NCBI GenBank assembly: GCA_040755995.1
Contig: JBFMAF010000028.1
Span: 96,001-160,000 of the forward strand
DNA: 64,000 nt
From: Acidobacteriota bacterium
GTDB lineage: Bacteria; Acidobacteriota; CAIWXX01
Reading direction: 5' to 3'
Both the position numbers and the translations under genes were made by a program. The notes under the pieces are model-generated. The model made no database searches. It was given only the letters and a program-made list of their open reading frames with translations, and had not been told where the DNA came from. This document shows positions 53,522-64,000 of the stretch, piece after piece; position 1 is the first letter of the stretch, and each line of letters starts with the position of its first letter.

Positions 53522-55030
53522 TCACCTCTTTCTCATCGCTTCGGCGCGGTAGAACCGCTTCCAGGGCGACATGGTGGGTACGCGGCGTGTCGTCAAGCCG
53601 GTTCGGGTCAGGCGCTCATGCAGCAGTCTCACGGCCAGCGCGGCCAGCGCGATCTCCTCCATGTGCTGCCCGTCGCGACGGCGGACGGTGAGGTGGTCGA
53701 GCAGCGAGGTCGAGTAGCTGCCGGCCAGGAAATCCGCGTTCGACAGAACCATCTGCGCCAGCGGGATGGTCGTCTTGATCCCGGTGACGTGGTACTCGTG
53801 GAGAGCCCGGCGCATGCGATCGATCGCCTCGCTCCGGTCCTTCCCCCAGGTGACGAGTTTCGCGAGCAGCGGGTCGTAGTAGATCGGCACCGTGAATCCC
53901 TCATATACGCCGCTGTCACGCCTGACACCCGGCCCGCCGGACGGCTGCACGAGCCTCACGATCCGCCCCGGCGACGGCATGAACCCATTCTCCACGTCCT
54001 CCGCATAGATGCGGCACTCGATGGAATGCCCCCGAGGCTGTATGGCGGACTGCCCGTAGCCGAGCCTCTGGCCGGCGGCGAGCCGGAGCTGCTCCTTCAC
54101 CAGATCGATCGACGTCACCATTTCGGTGACGGGATGCTCCACCTGCAGCCTCGTGTTCGTCTCCAGGAAGTAGAAATTGCGATCTGCGTCGACCAGGAAC
54201 TCGACGGTCCCGGCGTTTCGATACCCTACGGAGCCCGCCAGGCGCACTGCCAGCTCTCCCATGCGTGTACGCACGTCGTCGTTGATGAACGGGGACGGCG
54301 TCTCTTCGATAACCTTCTGGTAGCGTCTCTGCACCGAGCACTCGCGCTCGCCGAGATACACCCCGTGGCCGTGATTGTCGAAGAGAACCTGGACTTCGAT
54401 GTGGTGCGGATTTTCCAAGAACTTCTCGATGTAGATGGAGGCATCGGCGAAGGCGGCCCCGGCCTCGGAGGAGGCGGTCCGGAAGGCCTCGGCCAGGTCC
54501 TCACGGCCTCGCACGATGCGCATCCCCTTTCCGCCGCCGCCCGCGGCCGCCTTCAACAGCACAGGGTATCCGATCTCCTCGGCGACTCGCTCGGCCTCGG
54601 CCGGCGACACGCGGGTCATCGCACCGGGCACCACGGGCACCCCGGCGTTGCGCGCGGCCTGCCGCGCCGCGGTCTTGTCGCCGAGGGCCGCGATGCAGTC
54701 GCCCGTAGGCCCGACAAACGCGATCCCCGCCTCCTCCACCCGCCGCGCGAATTCGGGGTTCTCCGCGAGGAAGCCATATCCCGGGTGAATCGCCTCGCAG
54801 CCCATCGCCTCGGCCGCGTGCAGGATCTTGTCGATATCGAGGTAGCTGTGCTTCGAGACCGGGTCTCCCAGGGGCCAGGCGCGGTCGGCCATCAGGACGT
54901 GAAGAGACAGGCGGTCCGCATCCGAGTAAACCACGCAGGCCTCGACGCCCATCTCCCGGCAGGCACGGATCACTCTCACGGCGATCTCGCCCCGGTTGGC
55001 GATCAGTATTCTCTTGAACGGCACCTTCAT
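53522..55030 (-). CDS. accC: Acetyl/propionyl-CoA carboxylase, biotin carboxylase subunit
   Basis: ANRGEIA, HPGYGFLAEN, GGGGKGMR, RECSVQRR and RLQVEHPVTE. Confidence 0.95.
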   Translation of the reverse strand: MKVPFKRILIANRGEIAVRVIRACREMGVEACVVYSDADRLSLHVLMADRAWPLGDPVSKHSYLDIDKILHAAEAMGCEAIHPGYGFLAENPEFARRVEEAGIAFVGPTGDCIAALGDKTAARQAARNAGVPVVPGAMTRVSPAEAERVAEEIGYPVLLKAAAGGGGKGMRIVRGREDLAEAFRTASSEAGAAFADASIYIEKFLENPHHIEVQVLFDNHGHGVYLGERECSVQRRYQKVIEETPSPFINDDVRTRMGELAVRLAGSVGYRNAGTVEFLVDADRNFYFLETNTRLQVEHPVTEMVTSIDLVKEQLRLAAGQRLGYGQSAIQPRGHSIECRIYAEDVENGFMPSPGRIVRLVQPSGGPGVRRDSGVYEGFTVPIYYDPLLAKLVTWGKDRSEAIDRMRRALHEYHVTGIKTTIPLAQMVLSNADFLAGSYSTSLLDHLTVRRRDGQHMEEIALAALAVRLLHERLTRTGLTTRRVPTMSPWKRFYRAEAMRKR

Positions 55031-55116
55031 GCGACAAGAATCCGGGCGGTCAACGCGGGATGCGGTTCCGATCCGCCATCGGCCTTCCCCGACCGCGAAG
55101 CCCGCTGATGTTGCCC

Positions 55117-56013
55117 TCAGCCCCTGATCCGCAGAGTGACGGACGGGATGATCTTGATGTTGTAAAGATTGATCAGGTTGGCGATGTCTTTCTTGAACTT
55201 CGTTAGATACCGGGCGAACTCGTTCTCGTGGTGGATGCGGAGCAGGCTCTCGAACTCCGAGACCGAGTCGCAGAGCTCGACCAGAAGGTGCTTCATGGAG
55301 CGGTTACGCGAGTTGAGATGGTTGAGCTCCTCGATGGGCAGCTTGGGATCGTCGCACTCGGTCGGAAGCAATCCCAGGTAATCTGTGGTGTTGCTCGCGA
55401 TCTCCGCCACCAGCTCCTCGATCTCGTTCATCAGCGTCGAGTGGTAGCGCCGAGGATTCCTGAGACGCTCGCGGGCGTCAATCCGCAACCGTTCGTATTC
55501 CCGCTTCACGCATCCGAGCAGATACGGGAGGCCGAATTGTTTCTTCTCCTCGGTCAGGTTGATCTCACCGCGGCCGAGATAGATCTTGTCCGAATAGTGC
55601 GTGGTCAATTCGGCCCGTGTGTTGGTGTAAAACCTCTGTTCGTAGGTCCCCTGCCCCGCAGGTATGAACCGCACGATCGTCAGACAGTAGTTCTGCTCGA
55701 TGAAGTAGCTGTTGCCTTCGAGGATCGCGGCATGATGGACCAGATCTTGAATCACGTAGCGCTTGAGCTGCGTGAGGAACTCCTCCTCCTCCTTCAGTCC
55801 ACCCTCGAACTCACGGTCCTCCTTCGGCAGAAGCACAGCCAGAGCAGGTGAGAGCAGGTAATGGCCGTCGCCGTCGGCCAGCTCCAGGTGTATATTGTGG
55901 AGCACCTCGCGCTCGAAGGAATCCAGCCTCAGGTGCTTGGCAAGCGGCAGCTCGCGGAACTCGATCGGAAAGAATTTTTCCAGGAAATCCTCGCGCTCCT
56001 TCTTTCGAACCAT
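55117..56013 (-). CDS. Hypothetical protein (298 aa)
   Basis: ORF with an AGGAG RBS and protein-like composition. Confidence 0.75.
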   Translation of the reverse strand: MVRKKEREDFLEKFFPIEFRELPLAKHLRLDSFEREVLHNIHLELADGDGHYLLSPALAVLLPKEDREFEGGLKEEEEFLTQLKRYVIQDLVHHAAILEGNSYFIEQNYCLTIVRFIPAGQGTYEQRFYTNTRAELTTHYSDKIYLGRGEINLTEEKKQFGLPYLLGCVKREYERLRIDARERLRNPRRYHSTLMNEIEELVAEIASNTTDYLGLLPTECDDPKLPIEELNHLNSRNRSMKHLLVELCDSVSEFESLLRIHHENEFARYLTKFKKDIANLINLYNIKIIPSVTLRIRG

Positions 56014-56110
56014 GGCGCTCCTCCTGTCCGCCGCTATCCTACCACAACGACGGAGACCGTCGAAACCGGTCGCCGGCTTCCCTAATCCAGCATTACCGCC
56101 GCAAGATGCT

Positions 56111-56248
56111 GAAGGCCCTGGCCGGCGAGAAGGCGGCAGGTGCGAGGCGCCGAGGAGCGAGGAGCGCAGCGTACACCGTGGTACGTGAGCACCGCAGCGA
56201 CGAAGGCAACGAAGCAGATGCCGCCTTATCGCCGGATCAGGGGGCTTC
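56111..56248. repeat. Palindromic intergenic element (REP/MITE-like)
   Basis: Nested inverted repeats CCGGCGA/TCGCCGG and AAGGCGGCA/TGCCGCCTT around a CGTAC..GTACG core. Confidence 0.55.
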
Positions 56249-56404
56249 CGCGATCCCTCCCCCGGCCCTTGAACCTTCTCGCCCTTGCCCGCTCTGGCAC
56301 CCCGCGGCCCGGGGGACCCCTTGCGAGATCAGAAATCGGGTGCTCTCGGTCCACGAACACCGCCGGTCCCCCGCCGATGAAAGCGGTCCAGATAGGCCTA
56401 TAAT

Positions 56405-57073
56405 ATGCTAATGCGGTTTGATCTGGTTATCTTCGATCTGGACGGGACGCTGGTGGACTCGGTGGAGGACCTCCGCCAGAGCGTGAACCACACGATGCTG
56501 CTCGTGGGGTTTCAACCTGTCTCTCGCGCTCAGCTCTGCGACTTCGTTGGGGACGGGGCGAGGATTCTCGTCACAAGATGCCTCGCCGCAACCCCCGGGC
56601 GTGGTCCACTGGATGAGGGTCTGGTCGACGGTGCGTTCCGGCACTTCATCGCGCACTACTCCGCGCATCTACTCGATCATACCCGCCTGTATCCCGGCGT
56701 TGCCGAGACTCTGCCGGAGCTCGCGCGGCGATCGAGACTGTGCGTGCTGAGCAACAAGAGCGAGGGCTTCTCGAGGAGGACGGTCGAGGGACTGGGGGTG
56801 TCGCAGTATTTTGGAAAAATCTTCGGCGGCGACAGCTTCCCAGTGAGGAAACCCGATCCGGCAGGTTTCGTGGAGATCATGCGCCGCCTCGCGGCCCATC
56901 CAGCCGGCTGCCTGGTCGTCGGGGACTCACGGAATGACATCGCAGGGGGACGCGCGGCAGGCGCCCGGACCTGCGGGGTTCTATACGGCATCAAGCCGCT
57001 GGAGGTGAGACCCTCCGGGCCAGACTACGTGGTGGACGCCTTCCCAAACCTGCTGGATATCATCGAGGGCTGA
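56405..57073 (+). CDS. gph: HAD hydrolase, phosphoglycolate phosphatase-like
   Basis: FDLDGTLVDS, SNK, KPDP and VGDS..D. Confidence 0.88.
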   Translation: MLMRFDLVIFDLDGTLVDSVEDLRQSVNHTMLLVGFQPVSRAQLCDFVGDGARILVTRCLAATPGRGPLDEGLVDGAFRHFIAHYSAHLLDHTRLYPGVAETLPELARRSRLCVLSNKSEGFSRRTVEGLGVSQYFGKIFGGDSFPVRKPDPAGFVEIMRRLAAHPAGCLVVGDSRNDIAGGRAAGARTCGVLYGIKPLEVRPSGPDYVVDAFPNLLDIIEG

Positions 57074-57112
57074 GTGGTGACCGTATCCTGCCGTGTCTGC
57101 CTCGGACGGCTT

Positions 57113-57275
57113 CACCCCATCTCCACGTCTCCACTGCTCGGCTTCTCCGATTCGCCGTTTCCCCGTTTCGCCGTTTCTCCGATTCCCCGGCTCTCCGTGT
57201 CTCCGTTTCTCCGTCTCTCCGGTTCTCCGTTTCGCCGGTTCCCCGGTTCCCGGTTTCTCCGGTTCTCCGTGTCTG
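57113..57275. repeat. Pyrimidine-rich degenerate octamer tandem repeat (TTCTCCGG/TTTCGCCG)
   Basis: Seen directly; gives low-complexity spurious ORFs. Confidence 0.8.
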
Positions 57276-57325
57276 CGCGGCTCCGCGCCGGTGCCCGCCC
57301 CGCACGTAGTTCCACGAGTAGCTTT

Positions 57326-57352
57326 TGTAACCCGGCGGCCAGGCGGCGCGTA
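57326..57352 (+). promoter_or_regulatory. ECF-type promoter (possible autoregulation)
   Basis: TGTAAC-N17-CGTA just upstream of the ECF sigma gene. Confidence 0.45.
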
Positions 57353-57365
57353 CTCATTGTTGAAG

Positions 57366-57965
57366 ATGGACGGCGCCTTCGGTGAGATGGCCTTGAAGGA
57401 AGCGCCCGAGGCGTCGGTAGTCGGCGGATCGCTTGGAGAGCTCGCGAAGCGAGCGGCCAAGGACGACCAGGCTTTCCGGGAGCTCTACGAACGCATGAAG
57501 CGCCCCATCTACAATTTCTTGTACCGAATGGTAGGACACATGGGAGAAGCCGAGGAACTGATGCAGGACACGCTGCTGAAGGTCTATCGCAGCCTGGACC
57601 GGCTGAACGCCGAAGAGAACTTCATGGCGTGGTCGTACACCATCGCGAGGAACACGGCCATCAGCCATCTGCGCAAGCGGCGGTGGGTCCCGCAGCCGTT
57701 GGAGCAGATGCCCGAGCCTGTATCGTCGGCGCGAGGGCACGAGGAGAAGGACGTGGAATCGGATCTGCAGCGGTTGCTGCTGGAGATCCCGCCGAGGTAT
57801 CGTTCGCTGTTCATCATGGCTGTGATCGAACAGCGGGAATACCGCGAGATAGCGAAGGCGACCGGGAAATCTCTCGCGTCGGTCAAGGCGGACGTCCATC
57901 GTGCGCGAGAGATGATGCGAGACCGGTGGAAGAGGTATCGTGAAGGAACAGGGGTGGGGCGATGA
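57366..57965 (+). CDS. ECF RNA polymerase sigma factor
   Basis: AEELMQDTLLKVY, WSYTIARN and YREIA...SVKADVHRAR; start at 57366 or 57387. Confidence 0.92.
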   Translation: MDGAFGEMALKEAPEASVVGGSLGELAKRAAKDDQAFRELYERMKRPIYNFLYRMVGHMGEAEELMQDTLLKVYRSLDRLNAEENFMAWSYTIARNTAISHLRKRRWVPQPLEQMPEPVSSARGHEEKDVESDLQRLLLEIPPRYRSLFIMAVIEQREYREIAKATGKSLASVKADVHRAREMMRDRWKRYREGTGVGR

Positions 57966-58483
57966 ACTGCACTGAGATGCGGTCGGAACTCTCGGCTTAT
58001 ATCGACGGCGAGCTTTCTGCGACGGCCCGGACGGAGGTCGAGGCGCACTTGCAAGCATGCCAGGAGTGCCGCGGGGAGCTCGACTCGTTTCAGGCGATGG
58101 ACCTGGACTTCCAGGAACACTTGCCGAGGCTCGATCCCGATCCGTCGTTGTTTGTGCGCTTCCAGAGCATGCTTGACCGAGCCGTTCCGCGTCGCCTGTC
58201 GTGGTGGAAACTCGGATGGATCACGGCGGCGACGGCCGCGGCGACGTTGATGGTGCTGCTGGGCGTGGGAGAGATTCGCGAGCGCCGTCAGACAGAGGCG
58301 CTGCTGCACCAGATAGACGCTTACCAGCAGCGCGTCCCGGTCCGGAACGTGTTCGCGCTTGGTCGGTATAACGAGGGCCGCAACCCGTTCGACTACCATG
58401 CGAGGCTGGCGCAGCGGCACCCGTTCAAGGTCGCTGACAGCCAGCCCGTCGTCAACTCGGTTCCTCAGGGAGGTGAACGATGA
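57962..58483 (+). CDS. Anti-sigma factor with a zf-HC2 domain
   Basis: LSAYIDGEL...HLQACQEC followed by a TM helix. Confidence 0.92.
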   Translation: MNCTEMRSELSAYIDGELSATARTEVEAHLQACQECRGELDSFQAMDLDFQEHLPRLDPDPSLFVRFQSMLDRAVPRRLSWWKLGWITAATAAATLMVLLGVGEIRERRQTEALLHQIDAYQQRVPVRNVFALGRYNEGRNPFDYHARLAQRHPFKVADSQPVVNSVPQGGER

Positions 58484-59286
58484 TCAGAAAGGCTCTGGTA
58501 ATGATGCTTGTGGCGCTAGGGCCTCTCGCGATGCCGCGGGTTTGGGCGGCGGACGATGCGGCGGGGGACCAGGAGCGAGCGAAGGTGGAGGAGGAACAGA
58601 AGCGAGCCGAGCAGGAGCGGGCGCGCGCCGAGGCCGAGGCGAAGAAGGCGGCAGAGGAGCAGAAGAAGCACGAGGCCGAGTTGAAGGCGGCTCAGGCGAA
58701 GGAGCAGCAGAGGAGGACCGAGGAACTGCGGCGGGTGCAGGAGCAGCTCCAGGCGGAGATGCAGTGGGTCCAGAAGGCTGCTGAGCAGGAGATTCGCCGG
58801 GCGCAGGAGGAGATGAAGCATGCCCAGGAGATCGGGCGTGTGCATCTGATCGAGCCCTGGGGCAATCCTTGGGAGCAGGACAAGGAGTTCGACAAAATCC
58901 GGGTGCTCTTCGATATGGCCGAAGCGCAGCATGAGATCGTCATGATGATGATCGAGGACAACAGAATCGACGATGTGGTCAAGGAGACGCAGAAGATCAT
59001 GCAGCTCGGGTTCCCAGATCGTTACGATCTGTTCCTGCTCAACGAGATCGACGAGGTAGTCGACAGGCTCGTGCAGAAGAGCCAGGACGACGCCGCCATC
59101 CGCGTGCTCGAGATCGGGAAGAACGCTCTGCGCCATCCCGAGGCGAAGGTGGGACTGCTGATGCAGGTGGCCAAGATCCATCGCAAGCACAAACGCAACG
59201 ACCTCGCCATCCAGGCCTACCGCGAGGCGATCTCGCTCAACCAGCGGCTGCTGACGGAGAAGGCACAGGAGAGCCCGAAGAAGTAG
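58480..59286 (+). CDS. Exported coiled-coil/TPR-like protein
   Basis: Signal peptide, E/K/Q/A-rich coiled coil and TPR-like end; coupled to the anti-sigma gene. Confidence 0.75.
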   Translation: MIRKALVMMLVALGPLAMPRVWAADDAAGDQERAKVEEEQKRAEQERARAEAEAKKAAEEQKKHEAELKAAQAKEQQRRTEELRRVQEQLQAEMQWVQKAAEQEIRRAQEEMKHAQEIGRVHLIEPWGNPWEQDKEFDKIRVLFDMAEAQHEIVMMMIEDNRIDDVVKETQKIMQLGFPDRYDLFLLNEIDEVVDRLVQKSQDDAAIRVLEIGKNALRHPEAKVGLLMQVAKIHRKHKRNDLAIQAYREAISLNQRLLTEKAQESPKK

Positions 59287-59450
59287 GGAACGGTGCGGCG
59301 ACTGCAGCCCGGTGGCGCTCGGGGCGGACGTGGAGACGCGGCGACACGGGGAATGGAAGAAACGGGAAAAGGAGAGGGGGAGAGGCCAGCGCCGAATCCC
59401 GCGGGTACTCGATTGTGCCGCGACGCCCGGCTTCGTACCAAGGCGGGGAT

Positions 59451-60116
59451 TTAGATGAGGCCCAGCTCGCGGCAGGCGACAAGCATCGGGGGGCGTTGCC
59501 AGAGCCAATCAACCTTGAGCCGAAACCCCGGGAGCACCCTCGAGTGGTAGACACCTTCTGCATCGACCGGGGATGCGCGATAGTGGCCCCTTTCATCTAA
59601 CTCGTAGAACTCGACCTCCTTCCGCCCAGGATCGATCAGCCAGTACTCCCTGACCCCTCCGCACTCGTATTCATAGAACTTGTCGCCCCTGTCGCGCCCG
59701 GCGCTCTCCTTGGACATCACTTCGACAACAACGTCGGCTGGGCCTTGGAGGTATGACGGGTTGAGCCGGTCCATATGAGCCGCGGCGACGAAGAGCACGT
59801 CGGGCTCGCGCCCCACGTCTACCAGCTTCATTTGAAACGGCGCCACCAGCACCTCACCTGCGTGATGCACCTGTGCGTACGCTGTGAGCACCGAACTGAG
59901 AAACTGGACGATCTGTTGGTGTTCCAGGCCCGCAGGGCTGTTCATGATCACCTCTCCTCGAACCCACTCTGTGCGACTATCCTCGCCGGCCCAATCTAGA
60001 AACTCCTCATAGGTCATGTCGGGTGGCCGACCGCCCTTCAGAAGAGCGTCGAGAATACTCCGGCGGAGCTCTTCGGGGAGCACGACTGCGGCTGAGGAGT
60101 CCGTTCTCTGCGCCAT
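59451..60116 (-). CDS. Uma2 family endonuclease
   Basis: REPDVLFV, PADVVVEVMS and DKFYEY..GVREYWLIDP. Confidence 0.93.
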   Translation of the reverse strand: MAQRTDSSAAVVLPEELRRSILDALLKGGRPPDMTYEEFLDWAGEDSRTEWVRGEVIMNSPAGLEHQQIVQFLSSVLTAYAQVHHAGEVLVAPFQMKLVDVGREPDVLFVAAAHMDRLNPSYLQGPADVVVEVMSKESAGRDRGDKFYEYECGGVREYWLIDPGRKEVEFYELDERGHYRASPVDAEGVYHSRVLPGFRLKVDWLWQRPPMLVACRELGLI

Positions 60117-60177
60117 GGCGGTATCCCTTTGCTCTCGATTATACCGGACGGTCTGGCCTGGCAGAAGCCCGGGTTTC

Positions 60178-61863
<1,686 letters not shown>

Positions 61864-62063
61864 GTCTCTCCTCCTCGCTCTGACTCGCGTATTATACCAT
61901 GTGCGCCGAGTTCTGCCGGTGAGCCCTGATCCGCCGGGTGGAGTACCTCCATCTCGGAGCTCCGAGTAGCACCCTGGTTCAGGGGTCCGCCATCGACGTG
62001 AGACCAGGCGAGCTTCGCTGTCTGCACGGCCCGTGCCCGGCAGCCGCAGTTGGAACGTGAAGC

Positions 62064-64000
62064 TCACATATTCTCAATCTCGACGATGTGGACATCCCCA
62101 TTGATGCATCCCGCTGCCAGGCGTCGGCCGCCCGGATGCCACGCCACGGAGCAGGGCTTGGTCTCGCTCCGATGCTCGGCCACCTCCCGACCGTCCTCCG
62201 GATCCAGTATCTTGAGATGCCTGTCGAACCCGGCGAAGGCCAGCCATCGACCGTCCGGCGAGAAAGCCAGGTCCAGGGCCAGGACCTTCTTGAGTGTCTC
62301 CAGCCTGAGCCTGCCAGTCTCGATCTCCCAAGTCCGAAGCATGACGTCGCGCTGGTGGGTGGCCTCGACCGCGGAAACAGCGGCCACGCGCGCTCCATCG
62401 GGCGAGATGGCGGAGGCGAACACGGGCTCGCGCTTGTTGATCAGACGGAACCGCTCCGCCCCCGAGGCCACATCCCAGATTCGAAGAGTGCCGTCATAGG
62501 AACCGGAGACAAGGCTGCGGCCGTCCGGCGCGTAGCGCAAAGTAGTGATCCAGCTCTGGTGCCCTCGCAATTCGCGCGCCTCCGCGCCCTGCTCGATCGC
62601 ACGAATCCGGACGATCCCGTCGTCGGAGCCCGATGCGACCCAAGCCCCGTCAGGCGAAATGGCGCAGGCGCGGACGGGACAGGTCACGTCCTGCCAAGTC
62701 CACTCTTCTTGGTACTTCCGCAGGTCCCATACGCGGAGCGCACCGTCTTCGCTGGCTGAAACGAGCCGTTTGCCGTCGGGAGTGATCGCCGCGCCGTAGA
62801 CTTTCTTCGAATCGCCACCTCGAATCAATCCCTCTTCGCCGGCGGTTGCCAGCCGCCCGCCTTCGTGTGTCGCGGCACCGTCTTCGACCGTGCCCCGATC
62901 GGCCGCCGGGAGCGTGGCCAGAAGCTTCTCGGTCAACGTATCCCAAATTCTGATTGTCCCGTCCCAGGATGCGGTGACCAATCGGGTTCCGCCGGCCAAG
63001 AACTGGACCCCACACGCGTGCCCTTTGTGAGCTCCCAGCAGGGGGGACGAACGAACAGGTGCGGTGGTGTGCGCGGCCCGAACCGCAGCCGCGATGTCCC
63101 AGAGGCAGACCGTCATGTCTGTCGAGGCCGAGACCGCACGACGGCCGTCGGGGTGAGCAGCACATGCGCTGACCCAGAAGGAGTGTCCCCTGAGAGTCGC
63201 GAGCTCCTCACCGCTCCCAGAGTCCCAAACCTTGAGCCGTGCATCCCACGACCCGGCCGAGAGGATCCATCTCTCATCATTGAGAAAGACGCAGGCATTG
63301 ACGCCGCCGGTGTGACCTGTAGCGATCCTTAGCGCATCGCCCGAATCGAGGTTCCAGACTCGCAGCGTCTCATCGGCTGCCGCCGTGAGAAGCCGGCGGC
63401 CGTCGCGGCTGAACGTGCATGCCTTCACCTCACCCTCGTGACCGGTGAGCCGCGCCAGTTCGTGGCCGCTCCCAGCCTGGAGGATGACGACTTGGTGGAG
63501 TCGGCCGCCGCAAGCGATCCGCCGGCCGTCAGGAGAGAACGCGCAGGCGTAGAGGCCCATGTCGCGAGGACTGACATCGCAGATGATCTCACTGGTCGCC
63601 GAATCCCAAATAACCAGGCGCCCTTCCTCGCCGGCCGACGCGATGCGATGGCCATCGGGTGATACCGCGCATGCGTTCACTTGCCGAGCATGACTCCAAA
63701 GGGTGCGGCCGGCGGGGCCGGTGTCCAGATCCCAGATCCGCAGCGTCGAATCGTTGGACGCCGTGACGAGCCGCCGCCCATCTGGGAAGAATGCGCAGGC
63801 GGTGATTCCGCCTGTGTGCTGCCTGTGTTCGTGGAGAAGCGCGCCAGTCTCGGCATCCCACAGAAGCAGATGTCCGCTGTCGGTCCCGGCTGCGATGATC
63901 CGGCCGTCAGGGGATAGTGCACACGAGAGGAAGCCCATGGAGCCCAGAAACCGCATGACCAGGGCGCTGTGGCCGGCCTGGGGCTTGTTCAGCCAGCGAA
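62064..64000 (-). CDS. WD40 repeat protein, 5' end outside the window
   Basis: More than 12 GH...WD repeats. The frame is open to the window edge (RWLNKPQ...). Confidence 0.92.
   Translation of the reverse strand, partial: RWLNKPQAGHSALVMRFLGSMGFLSCALSPDGRIIAAGTDSGHLLLWDAETGALLHEHRQHTGGITACAFFPDGRRLVTASNDSTLRIWDLDTGPAGRTLWSHARQVNACAVSPDGHRIASAGEEGRLVIWDSATSEIICDVSPRDMGLYACAFSPDGRRIACGGRLHQVVILQAGSGHELARLTGHEGEVKACTFSRDGRRLLTAAADETLRVWNLDSGDALRIATGHTGGVNACVFLNDERWILSAGSWDARLKVWDSGSGEELATLRGHSFWVSACAAHPDGRRAVSASTDMTVCLWDIAAAVRAAHTTAPVRSSPLLGAHKGHACGVQFLAGGTRLVTASWDGTIRIWDTLTEKLLATLPAADRGTVEDGAATHEGGRLATAGEEGLIRGGDSKKVYGAAITPDGKRLVSASEDGALRVWDLRKYQEEWTWQDVTCPVRACAISPDGAWVASGSDDGIVRIRAIEQGAEARELRGHQSWITTLRYAPDGRSLVSGSYDGTLRIWDVASGAERFRLINKREPVFASAISPDGARVAAVSAVEATHQRDVMLRTWEIETGRLRLETLKKVLALDLAFSPDGRWLAFAGFDRHLKILDPEDGREVAEHRSETKPCSVAWHPGGRRLAAGCINGDVHIVEIENM

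Noticed and set aside
57093..57365. Long N-terminal extension of the ECF sigma factor
   Set aside because: It is a translation of the octamer repeat tract; an ECF-like promoter lies inside it.

Overview
A high-GC bacterial window. An Acidobacteria-type VWA protein suggests Acidobacteriota, but this is an inference. Two accessory loci dominate. (1) Positions ~0.7-18.3 kb hold a minus-strand CRISPR-Cas locus bracketed by two type II toxin-antitoxin modules (vapBC and mazEF-like). The gene order is WYL regulator, HD-less large subunit (with a likely hidden internally translated Cas11), Csc2-like cas7, cas5, stand-alone HD nuclease, cas3' helicase, cas6, cas4-cas1 fusion, cas2, leader and a 65-repeat array. 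It resembles type I-D, but the HD nuclease is a separate gene. (2) Positions ~19.6-32.9 kb hold a co-oriented 11-gene contractile injection operon. Its sheath and baseplate proteins resemble the Bacteroidota-type T6SS-iii (TssB, DUF5458/TssC, tube, TssE, TssF, TssG, TssK, ClpB/ClpV). It has no recognisable VgrG, PAAR, TssA or known membrane complex, and is instead headed by a polytopic membrane-FHA protein and a membrane-anchored VWA protein. The rest is mostly housekeeping or lineage-typical genes: SBBP propeller, VWA, HEAT, hybrid kinase, TPR proteins, tRNA-Arg, BlaI, S8 protease, Hsp20, glycosyltransferases and UbiA, biotin carboxylase, ECF sigma and anti-sigma, Uma2, methylmalonyl-CoA mutase and a partial WD40 protein. 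Many short-unit intergenic repeats are also present. All family assignments come from motif recognition by eye; no database searches were run.
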